A DNA stretch of 63,836 nucleotides, the filler included, from Rhizaria sp. SCN 62-66 (taxonomy: Eukaryota): NCBI GenBank assembly GCA_001724265.1. It is 3 parts of 3 records of this genome, joined end to end, with 100 filler letters (N's around TTAATTAATTAA, not from the genome) between each part and the next. Parts side by side here need not be neighbours in the genome. Positions count along the whole stretch, not along the records: positions 31,020 to 53,150 come from MEDY01000440.1; positions 53,251 to 63,836 come from MEDY01000555.1; 1 more part is not named here. One strand, 5' to 3'. Of the stretch, positions 43,912-58,009 are shown piece by piece. The notes below the pieces were generated by a model, which was given only the letters and a program-made list of their open reading frames with translations, did not search any database and was not told the origin of the DNA. Numbering within the stretch: the first letter of the stretch is position 1; each line of letters starts with the position of its first letter. A program made the position numbers and the translations under genes.

Positions 43912-45909
43912 GCCTACGCCCGCACTGCGCCGACCGCACTGCGTCACTGCGCAATATCGATGCGCACCAGTGACAGTGACGCATGTACACTGTAGGCTGC
44001 AATACGTGCAGCACAGCTGCACTTTATGTAAACGTTTTTACACAAGCTCAACATGCAACAATGCAAAATGTCTGACGTCGCACTGCGCCAGAGGGCTTGA
44101 CGCAATTATTACCATGGTTAGCAACATCATCGTTGGATCATTGCCGAACGCATGTATGCACAAAATCGGCAACAATGTTACAGTTTGTGATCGAATGAGA
44201 TGAAAGTATGATTTTTGTGAACAAATCAACGGATTTCATTGCAGTTCAGCTTTAAACAACATTTTATTGTTTTGTTAACCTTACCTTGATCCTTACAACG
44301 ACTCAACTCAAACACACCCGAAGATGGTGCTTGTCATTAGATACGCATTTGAGTCAAATTAAAATAAACAATCAGTCTCAATTCAAATGAGATGCAGCTA
44401 TATATATACGATACGTATTTAACCTAAGAATCATGAAGATGCAGCGCATCGTTAATTGATGCATGCGCAAAGTGGTGAAGTCGTTGAGTGTAGCTGTGAC
44501 AAGCAGAATCAACCGGTAACTCACAGACACATCATCTTGCTTTAGTGCGTATAAGATCGTATCTCGCTAATTGAATAAATAACATATCATCATTCAGACT
44601 GTAGACAAGTGAAAATAAGCTGTATTGTGTGCCTAAGCTTCCAAGGGAATTAACGATCACGGTTATAAGAGAGATGTGGATGACAACATGCGGAACGCAA
44701 GTGCGCTGCTGACAAGCTTTAATGATTGATAGAACTAAAACCAGTTTTTACAATAAATATTTCCTAGTTACATGTAGTATAGTACAGATAGTGATAGTAG
44801 AGACGACAACGATAAGTAAGATGCTTATTTGTAAAAAACACACGATAGTGTTGTGCTTTCAATTGCTCTTGTGACTGTAGCATAAAACATAGCAATGACT
44901 GCTACGACAACCTCAATGAGTTGTCAATAACAGTGATCAGCGAGCGACTATGAGCAGCACTTGAAGAGGCGTTGGAGACACGGAATTCTTGTGCAAATTA
45001 GATGCAAGAAGCAGTGGACAAATTGACATCGTTACACAACCGTCGCGGCAAGGGAGATTTGGGCGGCAAAAATAGCAGAATAAACAAAGAACATGCGGCA
45101 CACACAAAAGGGGAAGCACACACCAGACAACGTTACAAAGGAGTATGAGATTGAACACGTAGACAGAGCAGCATGCTAAAACCACGGTAAGAGACTTAGC
45201 TTCAGTCACATCTTGAGGATAAAAGAGATGGACATTGCTCTGTGATTGGCAGACAACGACAGCGGTGGTGTCGGGGCAGTAAAAAAACAAAGAAGAGAAA
45301 ACAACGAGCGTAGACATTTTGCTGTTGATGAAAACTGGTAGAGAAAAACAAAGTCGTGATGTTGAAACAAAATGTCATTTGTGATTTTTTCAACGGAGAA
45401 GTGTGATTATGAGAGCAAACAAAAAACAAACAAACATGTGGGCGAACCAATTAGACGCAAACCCATCGTGTCAGTCACTGCATCGCGCGCACTCAGGTGT
45501 ACAGATGCACTAGCAGTGTAGACACAGTGTAGATCGGGAGAGGCAGCGTGGTGGAACAGGAGCAAGACCGAGGGTTAGAGAGAAAAATAGGAAATGAAGT
45601 CACAGGGGTAGTACAAACAGACATGGGCACTGCTTACATCGCATCATTAAATGCTTGTGAGGATAGGAGCGCGATCAAAACTAGGTAATAATGAGACCAA
45701 ACGTAAGAGCATGACAAAAATACAAGTAGCAGGTTTTGTGATGACGCGTATCAAGGTGTGAACAATAAGCAAACACATTTACATTGCAGAACAGAAAACC
45801 GACAGTGAACGAAACCAGGCACAGTTACAACAAGAATGCTTTCGAGACCTTTGTGACAACACTAGAAAGTCACGCATTTACTCTGAGCATTGTGGTTTGA
45901 CAAATGCAG

Positions 45910-48900
45910 TCATGGCCGCTGCGACGCCGCCGACGCCGCAGATGCTGCTGCCGCCGCCGCTGCAGCCGCGTTGGCCGCCGCCACCGCCGCGGCGGCCTGC
46001 GCGGCCCCGCGCGCCGTGCCTGCGGCCGCGGTGTGCGTGGTGTAGAGCGCGTGGTGCGCGTAGGGCGCCTGCGCGCGCCACACGACGCCGCCGAGTCCCT
46101 CCTGCCAGTCGGGCGCGGCGTCGGGCGCGGGCAGCCGCAGGCCCGAGCGGCAGTGGCAGCCGAGGCCGGGCTTAGCCTTGCCCTTGCCGCAGTTGAGGCT
46201 GCTGCTGACGCTGTGATCACTGTCGCTGCCGTGGTCGGCGTCTTGCGCGAGAGCGATGCAGCAGCAGCAGCAGCACGCGGACTCAGTGCCCGCGCTGTTC
46301 GCGTAGGTATTAGCGACAGGGCTGTGACCGAGCCCGGCACATGGCGGGTACTGCCAGTGCGGCGCCCGGTTCGGCGCGGCCAGCAGCGCGATAATGCTTG
46401 CGCTCCCACCGCTATTGCCCGCCGCCGCGCCCGCGCTGCCGATGCCGTCGGGGTGGCCGTGGTGGCCGTGGGCGAGCTCGGCCTGGAGCAGCTGGCGGCG
46501 GTGGCGCTCGCACATGAGCCGGGGCCGGTGCTAGTGCTCAGGAATCCCACCGGGAGCCGACGTCGTGCTCCCACTGTCGATGCTCACCGCGTTGAATTTG
46601 CTGCTCTTGGTGTGGCGGCGACTGGGCATGTAGGGGCAGGACGCAGCGGGGCGCGGGCCCAGCAGCGTAGCCTGCGAGCAGAACTCCTCCTCGTCGTAGG
46701 GCGCGGCGCTGCCGTCGGCAAAGACAATCTCGCGCGTCACGACGAGGAAGCGGCGCGGCAGCGGGCCCGCGCGCGCCGTGAGGCAGCCGCCGATGCCGAA
46801 GCCGCTCAGCTCCTCTTCTTTTGCGCCCGCGGGGACGGCACCCTCGGCGCTGCTGCTCGAGAGCGCGGGGCTGTCGCTCACGTGGCCAGCGCCGCTGAGA
46901 CCGGGGTGAGAGTTGGTGCCTTTGCCGTTGAGGAGAGACTGCGGGATGCGGGACAGGTCGCCGCCGGAGAGCTCCAGTACGAAGCCGCCAAGGGGATCAA
47001 CGAGCTCGACAATCTTGTTACGCTCGCACATATATCCGTCGTGCACACCGTTGCTAGCACCATCAACGCCTGCGTTGATCGCAGTGGCAGCGGTGTTGCC
47101 GTCGCTCGCGCCGCTGTCGTCGTCGCCGCGGGCGGAGCGCGCGGTGCGGACGATAGAGCGCAGCAGCGCGCGCAGCGCGACATCGGGCAGGTCGTCGACC
47201 TCGTCGCACGGGTACACCGAGGGCGACTGCGGAGGCCGCGAGAGACACGCCGCGCTCGCGGCCGCGGACGACGCCGGGGACAGCTCGTGCAGCGGGCCCG
47301 GGACTGAGCCCACGCCTGCGCCAGCAGCAGCGAGGTCGTTGGCCGTGGCACCGCCGCTCTCCTCGACGGGGCCCGCGTCAGCGTAGCCACTGTCAGCCAT
47401 CTCGACGCTCTGGGACGCGGCGGTCTTGATACCAGCAGCAACTGATGCTCCAGGGTTGCCGTTGCTGCTGTAGCGGTCGTGGCTTCTCGATCTACTGTGG
47501 CTGCCGGCGCTGCTCGCCGCGCCGGTGTTGCCGCCGCCGGTGTAAAAGATAGCATGGGCTAGAGCGCTCTCGCGGTTGTCGGCCATCGCGCGGGCGCGCG
47601 AGGGACTCTCGGCGGCGGCGGCGGCGGCGGCAATCGCGCTGGCCGTAGCCGCGGCCCGCGAGTACGTTGCGGCCAGATCCATCGCGGCGGGCAGCGCGAG
47701 CAGCGCGCGGCGCTGCGCCGGCGGCAGCGCCGGCGCCGGCAGCCGCAGGCGCGCGTATGCGCAGTCGCCCGCGTCGCTCAGCAGCGCGGGTGGCGGCGCG
47801 ACGCCCGAGGACGCGGCGCGCGTGGCAACGGCGGCCGCGGCGGCGGTGATGCGCGAGTGGATTGTCACGGGGTGCAGCGAGAAGCGCCAGGACGTCGCCG
47901 AGGCGGCGCCGCAGTCGGCACAGCGGCCGCGCGGCGCGAGCGGAAACGGCAGCGTCGGCAGCGACGCCGCGGCGCACGGACTCGCCACGCTCGCGCTGGC
48001 GCTAGCGTTGGCGTCATCGTCGTCGTCGTAGGCGGGCGCGATGCTCGCGTGGACGGAGTGGCGGCCCGACATGAATGGGGTCGACGGCGCGGGCGCAGTG
48101 CTACCGACAACGCTGCCGCCTGTGATGCTGCCCGCGTCCTCGTGCTGCAACTGCAGCGGCCGGCCCAGACTCGAGTGCGACAGCTGCTGCTGCATCGCGA
48201 GCGGGCGCTGGTCGAGCGAGGATCTCAGCGCCAGCGGGGACAGCAGGCCCGAGAGCATGCGCGCCTCCCAGCCCAGTTCCTCCTCTGCCTCCGCGGCGGC
48301 CTCGGCGTTAGCCACCGCGGCCTGTGCCGCGACGACGGCCTCGGCGGCGGCCTCGGCGACGGCCATCGCGTTCGCGGCGGCGGTGGCGGTGGCGGCGGCG
48401 CTCGTGCCGACGTCGAAGCCGTGTCTGCGGGCGTTGTCGTCGACAGCATAGTCATATTCGTCGTCGTCGTCGTCAACCATCGACTGCGCCATCGGCGCCG
48501 AGGCGGATGCGGCCGTCAACGCGCTGTAGCTTCCGCTTCGGACCGAGGTAAGCGACACCGTGCTCTGGCGCTGATGCTGCTGCTGTTGGTGCAGCGCGCT
48601 CTCGCGGGCAGCGACTGTAGCTGCGGCGATCGCGTCCGCAGCCGCGCGCCGCGCCGCAGCTACCGCGGCCACCGCGGTGGAGGCCGCGGTGGCCGCCGCA
48701 AACATGTCTGTCGAGGGGAACTGACCGTGAGCACCGAGAGGCCCATGGGTGTGGCTGTGGAGGCGGGTGGGCGTCGTGGAGGCGCTCAGCAGAGACTGTG
48801 CGCGCTGCTGGCGCTGTCCGGCGGCCGCGGTCTGGAGCTGCGACACGTCCAACAGCGCCGCGGCGCTCGCGTCGATGCCGAGACTGTGCCGGTGGCCGCG

Positions 48901-51900
48901 AGTCTGAACAGCGCTGTGCCTGCTGTGAGCGTTGTTACCAAGACCAAGGCCGAGCCCGAAGCCGACGATTCCGCTGTTGCTCTGCGGCACACCCTCGGGG
49001 ACCGAGCCGCGGCTGCCGTTGACAGCGCCGTTCGTAGGGCGCCCGTCAGTAGCGAGCCGCGCCGGGCTTGCCGCCGCGCTGCCGGCGCCATCGCGCATGC
49101 GCGCGCCCAGCACAGGCGAATCGCAGTCCTCGGGGCACGCGGCCGTCGGCTCGGCGCCCACGGCGCCCGCGTGGGCCACGTTGACTCGAGCCGCGGCGCC
49201 GTTGTTATCGGCGACGACGAGGCCGAGGTCGGCGATGGCGTTGCCGTCGAGGTTGCTCGAGGCGTCGACCCAGGACGGCGGCACCACGCTGCCGCTGTAC
49301 AGTTGCCGCGCGCTCTCACGTCTCGCGTCGAAGGCGGCAGCGGCGGCGGTGGCAGTAGCCGCGGCGGCAGTAGCAGGGACAGCGTGTCTGGCGCGGTCGC
49401 CGCCGGGCGCCGCCATCGGTGTCGCGACGGCGGTCGCGGCGTGGATGTCGTAGAGCGCCATGGACTGCACCAGCGCCAGCGCCGCGGCGCGCGCGCCCGT
49501 CGCCGTCACCACGTCCAGTACTTCGAGCCCCTGCACGCGCGCCTGCACGCGCATCGGCACGCCATGCGGAGCCTGCGAGACACTTGGGACCTGAGAGGCC
49601 TGTGAAGCGTTAGCAGGGTCCGCAGGCGCGGCATCGCTGCTGTCGTTGTTGGGGGGTTCGGCGCAGGCGGCTGTAGCCGAGAGAATCGTGATGGTGCGCG
49701 GGAACGGAAGGTAGGCCGCATGCGCCGCGCGCGGGGTGAGCACAAGCGACGCTCTGGCGGCGTTCACTGCATCTCTGCCCGCCTGGCTCCGCTGACGGCC
49801 CGAGCTGTGCTCGCCACCCTGCGCCGCCACTGGCGCCACTGGGACCATAGGCGCCACCGGCGGCACTGACACGAGCCCTTGGTGCGAGAAGACGCGGCCG
49901 GGCACCGTGTACTGCAGCGGCAGCGGGCGCGCGAGCGACTGCGCGAGCGACGACGTCAACTCCGACGGCTGCGGTGACCGCAGCAGCAGCGATGACGGGC
50001 TCGAGGCCGCGCCACGTGCTTCCGCAGCGGCGGCGATGGACGCGGTCGTCAGCGGGCGGTACTGCTGCTGCGGCTGCTGCTGCACCGACTGCAACGGCTG
50101 CAACGGCTCAGGCTGCTGCGGCTGGGCGTTCACGTTGGGGAACTCGCCTAAGTCGCCAGCGATGCTGCCGCCGAGCCCGCCGGCCGTGTGCCTGCGGCTG
50201 CCAGCGGCGCGCGTGGTGGCGGCCGAGAGCGGGCGGCGCGGGAAGGCGCGCGGCACAGGCGGCTGCAGCGGCATCAGCATCACGTCGTCGCCGTCTCTTT
50301 CGCTATTCACTGACGCCGCAACGCCGCCGCGGCCGGTGTAGCCCGCCATGCCGCTGCCGCTGCCGCTGCCGCTGCCAGCCACAGCCGTAGTCGCACCGGT
50401 GTTGACGCGAGGTTCCGCGAGGCTAGAGCCAATGCTGCCGATGATGCTGTTGCTGGCCACGCTATTGCGGGACTGTGCCGTCTGCGTCCGCATCGGCGTC
50501 TGCGCCTGCGTCTGTGTCCGGGGGGGCGGCAGCGTGGCCGCCAAGGCCGCGTCGGAGCTGGACATCGCCGCACCGCCGCTGACTGCGCCGAGCACCTTGG
50601 ACGTAGAGCCTGCCACCGACTCGATGCAGTCGCACTCGGAGTCGGAGCCGGAGCCGGAGCCCGAGTCCTCGTCGTCGCGCTCGTCGCCGAGGCGGTGGCT
50701 GCGGCTCCGGCTCCGGCTGTGGCTGCGGCTGCGGGTCTGGCTCTGGTTGCCGCCACCGTTGCCGTTGCCGATGCCGTTGCTGCCGCGGCTGCGACCGCCG
50801 CGGCAGCGGTTGCGGCTGCTCTGGCCGAGGTTGCTGCCGCTGCCGAGGTGCGCGCCATCGCAGCAGGAGTGATCGCTCTCAGCGTTGCTGTGCGTGTTGC
50901 TGTGCGCGGCGGGCGCGGCGCCGCAGCAGCCGAGCGCCGTGCTGCCGCCCACACTCACGCTGCTGCCGCTGCCGCTGTTGCTGCTGCTGCTGCTCATGTT
51001 GCTGCTTGCGGCGACATGTGCGTTTGTAGCGTTGGCGCTGGCGCTGGCGGCGCGCGCGGCCGCCGCGGTTGCGCTGAAGCTCACTGTGGGTCGGACGCTG
51101 GCACGGCTGAATGCACCGGGATTGACCGTGAGTACCGAGCTGCCGAAGCCGCTGCAGGAGGCCGTATCGGTGTTCTTAGCGACGGCACCATTGTCGAGGG
51201 CATTGTTCGCGCTGCACGCCCTGCTGTCGTCGCTGGTGTCGCCGGTGTTGTTGTGGCTACGGCTGTGGGTGAGGCTGTGAACCAGACTGTGATGACTGTG
51301 GGCGAGTCTGGGGGCGTGGTCGCGCGCCAGGTGCGCGCTGTGGCTCAGGTCGCTGAGTCTACTGCTGCTGTTGTTGCTGTTGCTGTTGCTGTTGCTGCTT
51401 GCGAGCGGAGGGTTGTCATTGCTGAACGCAGGCGTGTGACCGTGAGGACTGGAGTGACCGTGGGTGCCAGAGTGACTGTGGGCAGCGGCCGCCTGCGTCG
51501 ACGCAACGACCGACGCCGAGGCCGAGGCCGCGGACACGGGCAAGGCCAGCGACGACGATGACGACGACGACGTGGCCGAGGCGATCGAGGCGACGGAGAC
51601 GCGCTGCATGCCGTGCTGCTGCTGGTGGTGCTGCTGGTGCTGCCGCTGCTGCTGGTGCTGCTGATCTTGCTGCTGGTGCTGCTGTTGGTAGTGGTGCAGC
51701 GACCACGGCCGCGTCGTCGCCGTCAAGCAAGAGTGACTGTGTGCCGCTGAGCGACCGTGCGCAGAGTGGCGGTGACCGTGGGCGGTGTGGCTGTGACCGT
51801 GGGCCGCGTGGTGCTGCACGTGGTGCAGCGGCATCGGCATCGGCGCCGACAGCGTGGCCGTCGTTGCCGTCGCTGTCGGAGCAGCGGCCGCTGCACTGGC

Positions 51901-52413
51901 GCTGGCGCTGGCGGCGCTGACGCTGGCAGCGTAGGCCGGCGCAGAAGCGGTGAGCGCGTCCGGCACGGGCGACCCAGTGAAGGAGAACGAGTGCGGCAGC
52001 ACCGCGCTTGCAGGCGACGCGGCGGGCGACATAGTGTGCGCATGCACGCTGCCGCCAAGGTTATATGCAGTGTTGGTGCCGCTGTGGCCGTGCGCGTGGT
52101 GCGAGAGCGCGAGACCCAGCACCGGCGTCTGCGTCCGCGTCGCCAGGCTCCGGACCCGCGAGCGCGGCGCCAGCGGCACGAACGCGGTGCCGGCGCCCGC
52201 GGCCAGCGAGGAGTCCGCCAGCGCAAGCGGCGCGGGGCTGGCCGCGGCCGGGGGCGCGTCGGCGGCGGGCGCGGGCGCCGGGGACGCGGCGGCCGAGGTG
52301 GGACGGGATGACACGTAGGCCCCCGTTGCATTGATGCGGTGGCGCATGACTACGGGCAGGATATCATCCAAGCCATGCGGCGCCCGTGTAAAAGGCACGT
52401 CCACGTCGGACAT
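45910..52413 (-). CDS. Hypothetical ~2167-aa low-complexity protein (His/Ser/Ala/Gln-rich, Cys clusters) with an in-frame TAG at 46533-46531
   Basis: ORFs 52413-46531 and 46515-45910 share a frame (...GGIPEH*HRPRLMCERH...). Coding-like composition continues to the TGA at 45912-45910. Confidence 0.7.
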
Positions 52414-53002
52414 ATCGTCGCGGACAGCGGATGAGCGCTATGGAGGACCCGACATAATAGTGTTGGAAGCCCACTCCTTTGGGGTCGGGTGACGCAAGGA
52501 GTGCAAACTTTTAACAAGCGAGTTTTGGCGGTTAACTGGGTGAGCGCAAAGTTATAAATAAAATTTGAGTAATAAATATATTGACAAAACCATTACTTGT
52601 ACGTATATGCACTTTAACGGAGGACATTAGTGAAATAATTAAGAGAATGCAAATCTAAAAGGTCCGATGCAAACAGGTTCTTCGACGAGATGGCCTGCTG
52701 GCCAAAAACTGACCGACAAGTCAACTGGCTTTCGTTCGTGAGTGCAACGCGTATATACGGACTTACGGGAGCGAGATAGTCGTACAAAGAGATAAATGGA
52801 TCGGGGGAGTTATAGAATTTGAATGTTTTGTGTATGCAAAGAGTAAGATGAGGGATGTTTGCCAGGTGAAACAAACGCGAGGGCGAGATGAGGGTGTAGT
52901 AGAGACGACGAACGAACAGAGAACAAGAGCACTCCCGTTCAATACAAACTTGGAGGTTATATCAAGCGGACGTGCTCGTTGTAGTTGTTGCTGTTAACGC
53001 AT

Positions 53003-53149
53003 TTACTGAGCCTTGACGGAGACCTTGCGCTCAGAGAGCTTGCGGGAGAGCGAGCGCTTCTTGGCGGCGGCAGCGGCCTCCTGGGAGCGCTTGTGGACGA
53101 GCTCGTTGAACTCCTCGGACTCCTTCTTGGTCTTGGTGGAGCGGGCAAC
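53003..53149 (-). CDS. RPS6: 40S ribosomal protein S6 (eS6), 3' fragment
   Basis: Minus strand reads VARSTKTKKESEEFNELVHKRSQEAAAAAKKRSLSRKLSERKVSVKAQ then TAA. This resembles the eS6 C-terminal helix (R..K.KEEAAEY..L..KR..EA) and its basic Ser-rich phospho-tail. Strong codon bias; truncated at the contig end. Confidence 0.7.
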   Translation of the reverse strand, partial: VARSTKTKKESEEFNELVHKRSQEAAAAAKKRSLSRKLSERKVSVKAQ

Positions 53150-53150
53150 A

Positions 53151-53250
53151 NNNNNNNNNNNNNNNNNNNNNNNNNNNNNNNNNNNNNNNNNNNNTTAATT
53201 AATTAANNNNNNNNNNNNNNNNNNNNNNNNNNNNNNNNNNNNNNNNNNNN
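53151..53250. other. Artificial contig-joining spacer (N44-TTAATTAATTAA-N44)
   Basis: Identical to 30920-31019. Confidence 0.97.
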
Positions 53251-53911
53251 GAGGAAAAGGTGGTTGAGGCTATCGAAATCGATGGGTTGATGAGGGGTTT
53301 TTTGAGTTGTAAAAAAGTGTCTTAGAACCCGGGAATTATATTACTGACTTGTGATTCGAACGAAACAGTGACTGCGGACTTCTGCTCTGCGCAACTATGA
53401 TCACAGGACTCGTGGCCCGAAAAAAGCTGAGTGCGTGACGATGATGGCCAGCCAGACTCGATTAAAAGGATTACTTCAGAGTGACACAGCGACTGAGATT
53501 CATCGGGGCCCGACGGAGAAGTCCTTCTACGACAGATGATTTTTCTATGAGGTCATGACCAATGAGAGACATAATCTGTGTACAGATTTTTAACTGACTA
53601 TAATATTATCCTCTTTACTCTTACGCCGATTTCATTTTATTTTACCCTTTCTACGTTCCATTTTCCTTCAGCTCCACCTCTCTCTGAGTCGTCGGACAGA
53701 GACAGAGTTTGCAAGTCAGATTAGAACCAGTTTCTCGCGGCGCCTCAGACTGCGGCGAAGCGTGCTGACTATAAACCTTTCTTATTTACAAGGCTGCGTG
53801 CCTGTGTTAGCGCCTACGTGCGTTTAACCCTCTACGCAGCTTCTTTCTCTCCTCCACCCCTCAGCCCGATCGGCCTGCTCATCTCTGCGGGTCTCCCGCG
53901 TGCTCCTTTGA

Positions 53912-56900
53912 ATGTCCATTTCCCGGGCACGCGCTGCGTCGGCCCCGAATCCACCCCCGGACGCCGCCTCGTTGGAGGGGGTTTCTCATGGTGAGCCACA
54001 GGTTGCCGAATTCCCCGATAATGACAACGCCGGCGCCCCAGCCGCACACACACGTGCTCGCTCACAGGTTCAGGGGCAAGCGACCGGTGGTATCTCTGAC
54101 GGACAAGTGCCTGGGGAGTACGCAGGGCAATAGCAGGGTGTCCCTGTGCATCCGAGCTCATCGACCAATGTGCGGCGGCCCTCGTCTTCGCTGGGATACA
54201 CGGGTTCACGCAGGCTGCAGTCAGCAACCAATGCTGCGGTCCACACCAGCAACGCGACACCTGTGGCGGGCATGAATGCCGTTGGCGCTGACCAACACCA
54301 CCATATCCAACAGCAGCATAACCACAATCAACACGCACTTGCGCAGCAGCCCACTGCTGTTTCCGCAGGCACCGTTCGCACAGCTGCTCCTGGGGGAGCT
54401 GCCGCTCCCAATCTAGCACGCCTCCGCACGAAGCCTGGTCCTGGAGCTGCTGGCGCGGTTCCTGGTCCCATTACTGTTCTTGCCGCTCCGACCCACGGTG
54501 GTGCGGGCTCCGGCGCTGTCCCGGGGCCGTCGTTGCAGTCTCCCACCCAGTCCGTTTCGCAGCCGCCGTCGCAGCCACTGTCTCGCTCGCACTCCCAAGC
54601 GTTGCTGCAACCGCAGTCTCCGCCGAACTCTGCGTCGACGCCCACCACAGCGACCGCTGCAGCCGCAGTTGCTGTAAGCAATATCAACAACCGCAGCCTC
54701 GGACAGGGCCAGGGCCTGGGCCAGGGCCAGACTCAGGGCTATGGCAGCGCCAGTGTCGGGCTCCCGTCCGCTGTGCCGCGTCTGTCCTCGTCTTCGTCGT
54801 CCGTGGCGTCGTCCTTCGTCGCGGGGTCCGGAATTATTAACGTTGTCAACAGTAACAATCTGGGCCCGGCCATCAATCCCCACGCCACCCGTGGCGGCGG
54901 CGTAGCGCTTGCCTCGCGCCGCCAAGCTGACGGCATGGCCGCGCTCCCGGGCTCGGCGCCTACGTCGCTGAGCGCGCTGCCTGGCGCCGTTGCGAGCAGC
55001 GCGCAGCAAGGCGTCGGGTCTGCAACCGGTTTCGTTGCCCACGGCCCCGGACCGGCGCCCACGGTCACCCCACCAGTCTACAGCAACTCCAACACGAACA
55101 ACAATAGTAACAGCCATAACAACAACATCAGCGCTTCTCTCCCACCTGCCGCCCTCGCCGCACAGATGCTGGCGTCCGCCATTGCAAACTCCCACGCAGG
55201 TCACCCCGAGGACGTCCACTTTGCGGCGGCCTCGGCGGCGGACTTGTACGCGGCCTCCGCCGCCGCCGCCGCTGCTACCGCTGCTGCTGCTGCTGCTGCT
55301 GCGGCTTCTGCTCTCCCCGTTGGGACCAGCAACGCAAGCAGTGGCAGCGGCCGCGCCTCCTCGGCCGTCGCCGCCGCCGTTCCGCCCGCGCTGTCGCGCA
55401 CGCCGACGCACGCGCCCTCGCCCGTCCTGGCCTCCGGCGCGAGCACGAGCAGCACCAGCGCTGGCGCCGGCCCTGTCGTCGCCGTGGGCGCGATCGCCGG
55501 TCCCGGCGGCGACAGTGCTAGCGGGCGCGGGAGCCTCGCGCCCTCGTTTGCCGCGCTGTCTCTCGACGCCGTGCTCTTGTCCTCAGCCCAGCCCCACGCG
55601 CGCGGCCACGGCGCCGTCAGCGGCCACGGTGCCGTCAGCGGCCTAGGTGTCGTCGGCGGCGGTGGCGCTGCTGACGGGACCTACGGGGCCAGCGGCGGCG
55701 GCGGCGGCGGCCCCTTGGCGAGCGTGAGGCCCGCGTCGTCGCCGCACGCCGCGCGCAGCCTCACTTTTTCAGCCCCGACGGCCAACGCGCACGGGTCGGG
55801 GTTAGTGCCGATGCCCCTGTCTGTCTCGCCCAACCCCGTCGCTGTGACGGGTTTCTCTGGGGCGAGGCTCGGCGCCGGAACCCCGGCCGCTAATTCTCCG
55901 ACTGGGCTCGTGCCTGCTCCCGTATTTCTGCCTCCTTCTGCGTTCGCGACAGGTCCTTGCGCCAGTTCTGGCACTGGCACTGGCACTGGCAGTGGTGCAG
56001 TGGACACGTCTTTGCGCATTGGTAGCGGGCTCCGCGCCAACAACGGAAACCACAGCAACAGCAACGGCAACCACTTCATCAAGACTCTGCCGGCCGCAGC
56101 CACGGTGCATCACTCCCCCTCCGCGTCCACCTCCTCGCTTCCCCTCCCCGGCGCCGGCGCTGCCGCCGGTCCGGCTGCGGCCTCACTGACTCGGCCCGCC
56201 GTGTCGGCCGGGAGCTCGAGCCTCACTCCGTGCGCTGGCGCGGGTGCAGGTGCGGCAGACCGACTGCGCAAGCAGCGCTCGAGCACTCTGCCGAAGCAGT
56301 GCCCGTCCCTGCGGCCGCCGGGCCTGGGCATCGATGGCGACGCCGGTGAAGGCGTCCACGACATCAACAACGACATTAATGACAGCGTCGACTTTGCTGA
56401 CTCCAACGACAACGTCAGCGGAGACCCTGCCGGGAGCACTCCGACTGGTGGTGACAGTGGCCTTGTTGCGGGCGCGGGCGCTGGCATTCCGGTGTCGGGT
56501 GCCGCCACGGGCCCTGAAGCCGGGATTGTTCCGGGGACTGATCCTGCGTCCCGCCTTTTCACGGTGTCTACAATGCTCGCCAGCCGCCGCCGCACGCGCT
56601 TCATCGACGTGGACTTGCAGACGAACGTTTACGTCGCGCTCGGCCACGCGAACAGCAATTCGAACAGCAACGGTGACGCGCATCCGCGCGGCTCCCCCGC
56701 CATCGGTACCGACGTTGCCGCTAATGCGGCCGGCACGTTTGGGCCTGTCTCCCATTCGGGCTCGCTGTACGGCTCTGAAGTGTCCTCGCGCACGATGACT
56801 TCGTCGGCATACCAATTTGCTTCGCAGCATGGCGAGACTAATATCGAAGGAGTGGGTAACTTCGACTCTGGTGGCCGTCTGGACGCAATGTACCCTCAAA

Positions 56901-57933
56901 TGAACCCCTTTGCGTCTGATGCGGGTGCTACAGGCGCGACAGGGGGAGCTACATATGTGTCGCAGCAGTCTAGCTCCAACGACAGTGGGAACGACCCAAA
57001 TAACGTCGGACGCATGTCTTCAGGTGCCATGCTAGTGCCGGTGCCCGCGGGTGAGCTTGGAGATGCTGGAGTCGGCGCTGGAGTGGTTTATTCGACTCGC
57101 CTTGTGTCATTAGCCGGCGACGGAACTGCTACGAGAGCTGAGGACGAAGACATTGATGAAGACGAAGACATTGATGAAGACGATGACGTTGATGAGGACG
57201 AAGACATTGATGAGGACGAAGACATTGATGAAGACGAAGACCTCGTGAACATCAACTTTATTGACGTCGATGACTGTGGCGACCCCGGCTGCGGCGGCGG
57301 TCTTGGCGACGCTTGCAACCACCACACCGCCAACGCCACGGACCAGTACATGCAGTTGTCTAATTTCTATCCGGCGGACCCCGCCGCTGTCTCCTTTGGA
57401 CAAGCTGGCCCGCCTGCGTCAGCGGCAGCGTCTCAGCCCGGGCTTCCCGTGCCTCCTCTCAACTTTAACGCGATTAGCAGTGCGCCTGCTGCTCCTTCTG
57501 CCTCAGCCGCTGCTGCTTCTGCTGCTGCTGCCAACGCTGCTGCTGCAGTCGCTGCGCTCGGACCTGTGTCAGGGTATCCCAGCAACGGCAACCTCGGCAA
57601 CTACAGTGGTCGTGAGAACGGGAACGCGCCCCAGACCCCGATCCCCCACCGCCACCATGGCGCGCCGATTGGTGCGAGCGGTTTCGTTAGTAGTAATAGT
57701 GGCCGCGGATTCAGCTCAGCGTTTTCGGCTTCCCCGGCGACCCAGCGCGCGCGCGCGACCGCGCAGACGCCCGGCTCGACCGTCACGACCCCCGTGGGGG
57801 GCGTCCTCGGCAACGGCCTGGCGGCCAACGGCGGGGGGGCGACGCCGCGCACGCCGGACCAACATCAGCTGCATCAACTGCACCAACAACACCCTCAACA
57901 CTTTCAGCAGCAACAGCAGCATAATCAGCAACA

Positions 57934-58009
<76 letters not shown>

